A program made the translations under genes and the position numbers. A stretch of 32,000 nt of DNA from contig NZ_CP036280.1 of the NCBI RefSeq assembly GCF_007748075.1, forward strand, positions 1,260,001-1,292,000, read 5' to 3'. This stretch comes from Mucisphaera calidilacus (lineage in GTDB: Bacteria; Planctomycetota; Phycisphaerae; Phycisphaerales; Phycisphaeraceae). This document shows positions 21,101 through 27,585 of this stretch, piece by piece (positions within the stretch are counted from its first letter, which is position 1; each line of letters opens with the position of its first letter). Below the pieces are notes generated by a model that made no database searches, was not told where the DNA came from, and was given only the letters and a program-made list of their open reading frames with translations.

Positions 21101-24100
21101 GCAGGTTGTGCGTCCTGCCCGCCAGCCAGCGCGTGTCCTCGCCCAGCGACGACATCGTCAACTCACCCGTCAGGTCCGGCGCCGGCGAGGTCGTCACGTC
21201 AAACGTTGTCGAGACCATCTGGCCGTAGGCGTCCGTCGCCGTGACCGTGATGCTCTCCGTCCCCACCGCCCCGTTGATGAAGTCCAGCACCAGCTCGCCG
21301 TCCGCGTTGATCGAGGCATCGACGACATCATCCCCCGCCTCGCTGAATGTGAAGGTGATGTCCTCACGCACCGAGTCGAACAGCACAAGATCACTCGGCA
21401 GGTCCACCGGGTCCGATTCCCGAATCTCACGCAACGGCGTGTTCGTAAAGGTCGTCTCGTTCGACAGGCCGAGATTCGCCGTCCCCAGGCCCATGATCGC
21501 GTCGATCACCTCCATGCCGCCTCGGATCACCTGACCGAACACCGTCGCGCCCGTCGCGTCAAGGCCCTCGCTGTTGTCCTCGGTGTTGATCGACCACATG
21601 CTCGAAGCGATCGCCGTCTCCAGGCTGGAGCCGAACCAGGTCACGGTCCCGCGTGTGTTCGAAAGGCTCGCCTCGCTCGCGATCACGCTGCTCGACGACA
21701 CCCTCCGGATCCGGTCGCTCGCCGGGTCGAGCACGTAGCCGCCCGCGAGCAGCGACGTCTGCGCATCGTTGTCGATCAGGTGCTGGAAGAAGCTGTTGTC
21801 ATAAGCGCCGCTGTCCGCGAACGCCGAGAACGCGTCAACCGTCAGCGGCGCGTCCCCGGTGCGCAGCTGCAGGATGAAGAAGTCCGTTCCGCCGATCGCG
21901 TGCGTCAGGTCCACCCGGTACAGGTCGTTGCCCTGATCGAACACGTCGAACAGGTTGATCACGTGGTCCTCGGTCGACGACGACGTCACCACGTCATCGA
22001 TGTCATTCACGATCTCCGGGCTGCCGACCGAGACGTACGCCTCCGCCGTGTTGTTGGTCTCGTCATCCTCGGTCGCGTCGCCCGGATCGCTCTGGGCCGG
22101 CGTGTCCGAATCGATGAACGCCACCACCGCGTACGCCCCCTCGGGGGTGTCCGCCGGCAGCGTCAGATCGAAGTCACGCGGGTCCGACGAATCCACCGCC
22201 CGGCCCGCGATCGGCACCACAAAACTGCCCAGGTCCACAATCGCCCCGCCCAGTTCAGGCCGCAGGCCGAACGTCACCGTCACGTCCGCCTGACCACCCG
22301 GCACGTCCAGGATCCCCACGAGGATGTCCAGCGTTACCCGGATGATCCCGCCCGCGCCCGCATCAAAGCCCGCCTCGGTACCCGGACGCAGCGTCAGGTC
22401 GCCCGTCAGGTCCGGGCCCGTCGCCACCGTGAACGAAGGCCCGATCAGCGTGTTGTCCGCCTCGTTCTCCTCCGTCAACGCATCACCCGAATCGATGAGC
22501 ACCAGCACGCGGTACGTCCCGGCAGTCAGGGTGTCAGGCCCGTCATCGTCGATGTCGTAGTTGATCACCAGCGGCGCCAGCGACGATCCCGCCGCCAGGC
22601 CGTCCAGCACGATCCCCGCCTCGGTGTGCAGCGTCACATCACCCGAATCGTCCATTGCGTCGATCGGCCGAGCGATCACAACCAGGTCGATCGTCGCGGC
22701 ACCGATGTCCAGCAGGTCGTTCCGCAGCAGCACCGTCAGCGACTGCCCGTTGCTCGCCTGCCCCTCAGCGATGTACTCGGGTGGCGTCGACGCATCGGTG
22801 ATCGAACCCGACAGGTTCGGGCCCGCCACCACACGCACGGCATCACCCGCCACCGTCAGCGGATCCCCCACGCCATCGATCGTCACCACCGCGATCACCG
22901 TGTAGGTCCCCACCGTCGTCCCCGCGTCAATCGTGACGTTCACAACCTCCGTCAGCGGCGTGCCCCTCACCAGGTCGCCGACGAGGTTGAACACACTCGA
23001 ACCGATCTCGATGTCGTCCTCGCCCGCCTGCCGCAGCACGATGCTGATCGACACCTCGGTGCCCGCCGCGATGTCCAGCCCGTTGTTGCTCAGTTCCACC
23101 GTCACCGCGGCGTTGGTCTCGGTCTGATCAACTCGCTCCGGCAGCGTCGAATCCGTGATGTCCGCCTCGGGTAAGGCAACCGTGGCCAGCGTCACGCCAG
23201 CCACCCGTGCCGTGTTATTGACCGGACTGCCCTCGAGCTGCTTGCTGTCGTCGTTGACGATCACCAGCAACTCGTAGGGCCCGTTCACCTGCCCGGCGGG
23301 GATGGTGTAGTTCACTGCCTGCTGCAGCGTTGCTCCCACATCCAGCGCCGAGAGGTCCAGGCCCGCGTTGTCCCCCTCCGCCACAAGAACCACGTCATTG
23401 CCGCCGCCGACCGGACGCAGCACGACCTGGTACTTCACATCCCCGTAGTTGGCCCCCAGAACGTCAAGGCCGGTGTTGGTCACCGTGAACGTGATCGCCC
23501 CCGAGTTACTCGAGCTGCTGTCGATGAACGAGCCATCCGAAAGGCCTGTCACGCCATCAACCGTGACGCCAAGATCACGCCCGTCGAGACCCGAGACGTC
23601 AAACAGAGCCTGCGAGTAGTAGAAGATCGCCGGGCCGCTCACCTCGTGATTGGCCAGATCAGGGTCGTCATCAACCACAAGCCCTGTATCCACAATCGCG
23701 ATCAAGCCATAGGGCGTCGGGTCCGTAGCCGCGGCAGGATCTGCCACGGGATTCAGGTCAATCAGTGTGACCGTGTCCGGCAGGGTCACGTCGATCACGA
23801 TGTCGACGGACTCACCCTCGGCCACGTCCGCCGAGAAGGTGTGGTCATGGCTCGTGAGCACGGCCGTGTTGAAGTTGTCATCCGGGCCATCGAGCAGCGC
23901 AGCACGCAGCAGGAAGTCGATCGTGATCGTTGTCCCCGAGTTGATCAGGTCGCCGTTGTTCGTCAGTCTCAGCGTGACCTGTCCCGTGAGTTCATTGCCA
24001 GCCACCCAGTTCGTCGGGAAGGTGTTCTCAACGATATCGCTCGTGAAGCGCGGCTCATCGACAGCCTCGTCCACGTCCAGCGTCACGCCGAACACAAACT

Positions 24101-26201
24101 CGTTGTTCGCCGGCTGGAAATCCTCCACCGCGTGATCATCGGCGTTCACAAACAGCGTCGCGACCAGGCTGTACGTCCCTGTCTCAAGGTCATCCGGGAA
24201 GGCAAGGTTGATCCCCGCGAATGACTGCTGCTCGAACGTGTCCAGATCATTGAGCGCAAACGTCGTCTGCTGGAGTTGAACATCCGTCCCGCCTCCCGCC
24301 GGCCGCAATGCGAACTGCACGTCCACGTCCTGGCCCTCGATCGACGCCAGCAGGTTGCGGATCGTCAGGCTGATCTGACGCGTTTCGGCCGTTCCGGCCG
24401 TCAGCGCCGCCGTCGACGAAAGCCCGTCGACCTCGATCGACAGATCCCGTGGCTCCAGCACCGACACCAGCACCGTCGAGGTGATCGCGGCGTTGTTCTC
24501 ATCCGCCCCCGCGTCCTCATTGAGGTTGCCATCCGGGTCGATCTCCGCCAGCAACTGGTACGCGCCCACCGGCAGGATGGCCGGCAGCGTGATGTCGATG
24601 TCGAACGTGCCCGAATCACCCGTGTACAGATCGATCAGGTCGATGGTCGTGTCCGTCAGCAGGATGTCCGCGCTGTCGTCCTCCGCGCCCACCGATCGCA
24701 GCGAGAGGCGCACGTCCACCGTCGTCGTGCCCAGCAGCGATTCACCCAGGTTCTGCACGCTCAGCGTCGCCGTGCCCGACGCACTCGCCGTCTGGCCGTA
24801 ATATGAAACCTGGTTGTCCAGCGACGACGTCACGCCTATGGCACGCAGGTCCGTCTCCGCGTCCGCGATCGTCACCACCTCGCCCGTCACGACCTCGTTG
24901 TCATACTCAGCCCGCTCCTCAAGGTCGTCGTTCGTGTCGATCGACACGATGAGGTCGTAGCTCTCCAGCGTCAGCCCCGCGGGCACCGTGACGTTCACGC
25001 CGGCGGGCGTCCAGTCCTCGCCCACCCCAAGCCCTCCGGGCTGAACCACAAACGTTCCCGTGCCGATCGTGATGTCCGATGAGCTATCCAGCGCGTCCGA
25101 GGGACGCAGCAGGTAGGACGCGAAGAACGATGACCCCGCCGCCAGCGCCGCGTTGCCCGTGTTCGTGAACGTCGTGCTGATCAGGCCCGCCGTCGCAGCG
25201 GTCGAACCCGTCTCGATCACCGCCGGGATATTGCTCGTGATCGCCGCGGACAGGTCCGGGGCGTTGTCACGCGTCGTCTGGACCGTGAACTCATCCTCAA
25301 CGACGCTGCCGTCGATGTACGTGGCCCGGATCACGATCGTCGAGGTCCCCGTCGCGCCGGGTGTGAACTCGAGCTGGAGCTGGCCATCCACGATCGCCGC
25401 CGTCACCACGCCCGCATCCGAGTTACTCACGATCTCAAACGTATCCAGCAGACTGTCGATCGACGAAAACACCACAAGGTTCTCATCGTCCAGCAGCGGG
25501 TCGGCATCAGGGTCGCGAACGGGCGTATCGCTGAACGCGCCATTCGACGACGTGAAATCCTCGGTCTGCAACGCCGCGATCGCGTCCACCACGTCCATGC
25601 CGTCGTCCAGCACCTCGCCGAAGGCCGTAAACCCGCCGTTCTGGTTGTCGAGGTTCTGGCTGTTGTCGCCCAGGTTGAAGAACCACTGATTTGTCGCTGA
25701 GTTCGGATCCCCGCCAAGCTTCGCCATCGCGATGGTGCCGCGCGTGTTCGAGATACCCGGCTCGTTGGTGACGGGATCGAAATCCGTGATCTCGCTGATC
25801 GTGCTGTCGACCGGGTCCACCGTAAAGCCGCCGCCCTGAACGATGAAGTCCTCGACCGACCGATGAATCACCGTTCCGTCCCACAAGTCCTGATCGGCGT
25901 ACTGCCGGAAGTTTGCTGCCGTCAGAGGCGTCTCATCCTCGAACAGCCGCACGTCGAAGAAGTCGTCCGCCGTGCCGAGCGAGTCGGACAGCGTGAACCG
26001 ATAGACGTCGGTGTCACTGAACACTTCAAACAGATCGATCGTCTGCTCTGTCCGGTTCGGAAAGACGATGTCTTCGATCGCGTTCTCCACCACCGCGCTC
26101 AGCAGCACACGGTCCTCAAGCGTCTCCAGACGAGCCACCGGCTCAGCAACCTCGTCAGCACCACGCTCGAAAGAACGACCGATCATCCGGATCAAACTCA
26201 T
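18120..26201 (-). CDS. giant (about 2,693 aa) extracellular-type protein: leader, then [cyclophilin PPIase + Ig-like] + about 8 CARDB-like repeats, then [degenerate cyclophilin + Ig-like] + about 7 CARDB-like repeats
   Basis: Single uninterrupted ORF. The track starts it at GTG 26231; I prefer ATG 26201 (MSLIRMIGRSFERG...LETLEDRVLLSA). The cyclophilin signature is VIHRSVEDFIVQGGGF / NTRGTIAMAKLGGDPNSATNQWFFN / FGEVLDDGMDVVDAI. The repeats share DL...(V/L)x(V/L)xNxG...LxxG...GxYxLxAxxD...ExxxxNN, which is the CARDB pattern. Confidence 0.9.
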   Translation of the reverse strand: MSLIRMIGRSFERGADEVAEPVARLETLEDRVLLSAVVENAIEDIVFPNRTEQTIDLFEVFSDTDVYRFTLSDSLGTADDFFDVRLFEDETPLTAANFRQYADQDLWDGTVIHRSVEDFIVQGGGFTVDPVDSTISEITDFDPVTNEPGISNTRGTIAMAKLGGDPNSATNQWFFNLGDNSQNLDNQNGGFTAFGEVLDDGMDVVDAIAALQTEDFTSSNGAFSDTPVRDPDADPLLDDENLVVFSSIDSLLDTFEIVSNSDAGVVTAAIVDGQLQLEFTPGATGTSTIVIRATYIDGSVVEDEFTVQTTRDNAPDLSAAITSNIPAVIETGSTAATAGLISTTFTNTGNAALAAGSSFFASYLLRPSDALDSSSDITIGTGTFVVQPGGLGVGEDWTPAGVNVTVPAGLTLESYDLIVSIDTNDDLEERAEYDNEVVTGEVVTIADAETDLRAIGVTSSLDNQVSYYGQTASASGTATLSVQNLGESLLGTTTVDVRLSLRSVGAEDDSADILLTDTTIDLIDLYTGDSGTFDIDITLPAILPVGAYQLLAEIDPDGNLNEDAGADENNAAITSTVLVSVLEPRDLSIEVDGLSSTAALTAGTAETRQISLTIRNLLASIEGQDVDVQFALRPAGGGTDVQLQQTTFALNDLDTFEQQSFAGINLAFPDDLETGTYSLVATLFVNADDHAVEDFQPANNEFVFGVTLDVDEAVDEPRFTSDIVENTFPTNWVAGNELTGQVTLRLTNNGDLINSGTTITIDFLLRAALLDGPDDNFNTAVLTSHDHTFSADVAEGESVDIVIDVTLPDTVTLIDLNPVADPAAATDPTPYGLIAIVDTGLVVDDDPDLANHEVSGPAIFYYSQALFDVSGLDGRDLGVTVDGVTGLSDGSFIDSSSSNSGAITFTVTNTGLDVLGANYGDVKYQVVLRPVGGGNDVVLVAEGDNAGLDLSALDVGATLQQAVNYTIPAGQVNGPYELLVIVNDDSKQLEGSPVNNTARVAGVTLATVALPEADITDSTLPERVDQTETNAAVTVELSNNGLDIAAGTEVSISIVLRQAGEDDIEIGSSVFNLVGDLVRGTPLTEVVNVTIDAGTTVGTYTVIAVVTIDGVGDPLTVAGDAVRVVAGPNLSGSITDASTPPEYIAEGQASNGQSLTVLLRNDLLDIGAATIDLVVIARPIDAMDDSGDVTLHTEAGIVLDGLAAGSSLAPLVINYDIDDDGPDTLTAGTYRVLVLIDSGDALTEENEADNTLIGPSFTVATGPDLTGDLTLRPGTEAGFDAGAGGIIRVTLDILVGILDVPGGQADVTVTFGLRPELGGAIVDLGSFVVPIAGRAVDSSDPRDFDLTLPADTPEGAYAVVAFIDSDTPAQSDPGDATEDDETNNTAEAYVSVGSPEIVNDIDDVVTSSSTEDHVINLFDVFDQGNDLYRVDLTHAIGGTDFFILQLRTGDAPLTVDAFSAFADSGAYDNSFFQHLIDNDAQTSLLAGGYVLDPASDRIRRVSSSSVIASEASLSNTRGTVTWFGSSLETAIASSMWSINTEDNSEGLDATGATVFGQVIRGGMEVIDAIMGLGTANLGLSNETTFTNTPLREIRESDPVDLPSDLVLFDSVREDITFTFSEAGDDVVDASINADGELVLDFINGAVGTESITVTATDAYGQMVSTTFDVTTSPAPDLTGELTMSSLGEDTRWLAGRTHNLRVSLELTNAGATSVAPSTDPIAVTFALRPVDAVTDFNDVVLKTVFVDVSGLASGGTLDLNNVALQVPGTAGVGRYDVVALIDGGDVVAEADESNNVARRPDANASTGTVEITGPTVDLGIDFGSNLSLDRYDGLTSGDGTRIRVPLEITQLGTGTLTPFSFRQPVGSQVQVSRQVFVQMYARPVGAVDDSQDVLLTVNNGEAVPVTITGLRGGQTRRMMVTALLPAGMDTGDYRLVAVVDANNLVDEANLAGDGEDNNIALSPDGAGDTLTVGTRGFVDLEADIARETLPASVLSSDALRGVVIVSIENTGNVATLRSSRVSLELTAEAPDGTTVVLGTAENVRVGNLRPGIARNINVRVNLPEGLPADYDVASQDWTITATITAFEDIEDEDAANDADDFTMEVVNRRVDLGVEVDTSRLPAEIDAGQTLRVPVTVTNSGTDTVVRGTMASFKVYARPFGAGDNTTDVLLPRAVRLTEETLVNIGNLGADRSKRVMLNVLVPPGVTPADGDNPLASGAYQIVVVVDEAVAPDRGDVEEWDGTPGSTAADALASNSDVGAGSVDITNGTVDLGVSLDRVNLPAALGRFDPIKGTAHVVITNLGDLALPRGQRVDITVVFTPADENSVASDRVVATLENVSVSGLRSGQSLRKVVRIDRPEGMGLDTVWELQATVTPVTTLAEESTENNTSANDQDGEPVRLVVFSPDSANGYIDLAATANGTVNLPNNLTAGSNAVLRLPVTVTNLGMDLATGAKVTLTATAGLIGGGGNPEFVFTLPLTNGSTSQVLNVSRLASGKSKNANMAVRLPAGMPTGNYRIFVTAEIEGEATGAPYADFMPSPATNNKATVVNSATILSDGQTDLDIIFTEGNTSFPQNFSRSAAGDETPMGSLNLFVRNVGTSRLGVNQLVNVKLYAVNVNDLADETELVVLPSASVDGLRPGESVPLEMNIVHLANTLEVDEYRFELELATEPELAEVDNRSRFVVYDSVTVTA
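18123..21178 (-). repeat. coding array 2: about 7 divergent CARDB-like modules (about 125-165 aa each)
   Basis: Modules were delimited by eye at recurring (P/V)DL(T/G/E/A/D) starts and ...E(x)NN(x) ends, for example EADESNNVA, GEDNNIAL, ESTENNTSA, PATNNKAT. Confidence 0.7.
21179..22013 (-). other. second cyclophilin-like domain (catalytic residues substituted) plus Ig-like domain
   Basis: FFQHLIDNDAQTSLLAGGYVL / NTRGTVTWFGSS / SSMWSINT / FGQVIRGGMEVIDAI, followed by VDASINADGELVLDFINGAVGTESITVTATDAYGQMVSTTFDVTT. It is collinear with the first module. Confidence 0.7.
22014..25256 (-). repeat. coding array 1: about 8 divergent CARDB-like modules
   Basis: Same recurring signature, with ends such as AEYDNEVV, GADENNAAI, QPANNEFV, SPVNNTAR, ENEADNTL, DDETNNTA. 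Confidence 0.7.
25257..26093 (-). other. first cyclophilin-type PPIase domain (catalytic signature intact) plus Ig-like domain
   Basis: ANFRQYADQDLWDGTVIHRSVEDFIVQGGGF...NTRGTIAMAKLGGDPNSATNQWFFNLGDN...GGFTAFGEVLDDGMDVVDAIAAL, then VTAAIVDGQLQLEFTPGATGTSTIVIRATYIDGSVVEDEFTVQTT. Confidence 0.8.
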
Positions 26202-26312
26202 GACAACGACCTGCCTATAAAAAGGAAACACAACTCAGCGTCGATCACCAAGTGTCGCCGCTGATATGCACCATCGCAAGGCGGATTTCGACAAACCCGC
26301 CCGTCTCGCTTA

Positions 26313-26336
26313 CGCCGCCGGCACACGCCGGCCGCG
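26313..26336 (-). terminator. GC-rich hairpin (GCCGGC-GUGU-GCCGGC core, extended to about 9 bp with one mismatch) after the coiled-coil gene, no U-tract
   Basis: Read directly, 23 nt after the TAG at 26361-26359. It could separate the GTPase module transcript from the giant gene. Confidence 0.35.
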
Positions 26337-26358
26337 TTCTGGTTCCCCGTCGGATTCT

Positions 26359-27426
26359 CTATTCAACCACAACCGGCGCCGTTTCATCCGACACCGATGA
26401 CTTTTCTTCTTCAATCGCGACAGAAACCGTTTCACCCGCCACAGCCTCAGAAACCTCGGTCTCGCCAGCCGTCTCGGCCGCCGGCTCGGTCTCGGGGACA
26501 ACATCCGTGCCCGTGGCCATCTCATCGGAGTCAGCATCGGCAGCAGGGGGGGCCACGGCCTCTGTTTCGGGAGCCGTCGCGGCAGATTCTTCAGGCTGAG
26601 CCTCCGCTTCAGCGGGCAGAACCAACGCCGCCCCCGCGGCAGGCTCATCGTTCAGCGGCTGCTCCTCAACGATCGGCACCGCCGGCATGACACCGCCCAT
26701 CGGCTCGGGCGCACCGCCCGGCGATCCTGCCGGCAGCGTCCGCAGCACCGCGTAAGCCGCCACGCCCACCGCCGCCAGCGCCACCAAAAGGCTGGCCACC
26801 GCGATCAGCGTCATCTGGCGACGCCCCTTGTCGTACAGATCGCGGACCTGACTGTCCGCTCGCTTGGTCCGCTCGGCCAGGGTCCGCAGCATCAGCGTGC
26901 TCGCCTGGCTCGTCTCGTCCAGCTTCCCGAGCGTCGAGCCCAGGCCGCCCAGGCGATCTGAGAGCACGGCATCCGTCCGCTCACGCACCGACAACGCCTT
27001 GGCGATCTGATCCAGCCCCGTCTGCTCGTTGTCGAACGCCGTCGTCAGACGCTCGAGCGTTCCGTTGAGGATCGCGCGGTCCTCGGCGTGCGCCGTGATC
27101 TGCTTCTGCAGCAACGCCGCCATCTTCTGCTGCGTCTCCGCAACATGACGCAGCTGCGCCACCGCCTCGGGCATCTCGCGGACCGCCTCCAGGAGTCGCT
27201 CCGAACGATCAGCCTGATCACGGGTGTGCGTCTTCACCGACGCCATCACCTCAAGAACCTGCTCGTAACCCTCTTCGAGCCGCGCTAATGTGCCCTCACG
27301 CTGGGGCCGACCCGTCGCGACCGGCAATCCTCCCACAGTCTCGGTCTCCTCCGCCGCGTTCCGGTTGCGGCGCCAATCAAACAGTCGAAAAAAACGCTCA
27401 GAGAGCTTCATGGCCATCGTGGACAT
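26359..27426 (-). CDS. coiled-coil single-pass membrane protein with an acidic Glu/Ala/Pro/Thr-rich C-terminal tail
   Basis: The start is set at ATG 27426 (MSTMAMKLSERFF), preceded by AGGAG-7 nt. About 190 aa of heptad-like helix follow (LEEGYEQVLEVMASV..., QQKMAALLQKQITAHAEDRAILNGTLERL...), then one TM helix (MTLIAVASLLVALAAVGVAAYAVL), then about 115 aa of acidic low-complexity tail with ETE-type repeats. Confidence 0.75.
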   Translation of the reverse strand: MSTMAMKLSERFFRLFDWRRNRNAAEETETVGGLPVATGRPQREGTLARLEEGYEQVLEVMASVKTHTRDQADRSERLLEAVREMPEAVAQLRHVAETQQKMAALLQKQITAHAEDRAILNGTLERLTTAFDNEQTGLDQIAKALSVRERTDAVLSDRLGGLGSTLGKLDETSQASTLMLRTLAERTKRADSQVRDLYDKGRRQMTLIAVASLLVALAAVGVAAYAVLRTLPAGSPGGAPEPMGGVMPAVPIVEEQPLNDEPAAGAALVLPAEAEAQPEESAATAPETEAVAPPAADADSDEMATGTDVVPETEPAAETAGETEVSEAVAGETVSVAIEEEKSSVSDETAPVVVE

Positions 27427-27453
27427 CCAGGGACTCCTTAACAACACACGATA

Positions 27454-27507
27454 GAGACTCGCCCTATCTATGCCAGCCGATCCGTCGGCCGACTCATTCC
27501 GAGTCTC
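27454..27507 (-). promoter_or_regulatory. nested stem-loop in the GTPase to coiled-coil intergenic spacer
   Basis: The outer 8-bp inverted repeat is GAGACTCG (27454-27461) / CGAGTCTC (27500-27507). The inner hairpin is GCCGA-tccg-TCGGC (27476-27489), overlapping the palindrome TCGGCCGA (27485-27492). Confidence 0.35.
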
Positions 27508-27585
27508 CGTCATTATCGGTCCAGATGGCCGCAATGTCGAAGATTTCCCCATACCACCGAACCCCCAAAAACGACCTCAAACAAC

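Noticed and set aside
19314-23174. + strand ORFs 19314..20624 (436 aa) and 21108..23174 (688 aa) inside the giant gene
   Set aside because: Arg/His/Val-rich antisense frames. The minus frame is continuous for 2,703 codons with coherent domain repeats.
18120-26231. Repetitive giant ORF as a possible assembly artefact, mobile element or CRISPR-like repeat region
   Set aside because: The repeats have diverged at the DNA level. They are recognisable only as protein motifs, with no near-identical DNA copies, inverted terminal repeats or transposase. The frame is uninterrupted. An assembly error cannot be fully excluded without reads.
26252-26599. 115-aa + strand ORF opposite the acidic tail of the coiled-coil protein
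   Set aside because: It is a Ser/Ala/Thr low-complexity mirror of the Glu/Ala/Thr-rich tail on the other strand, and has no start context.
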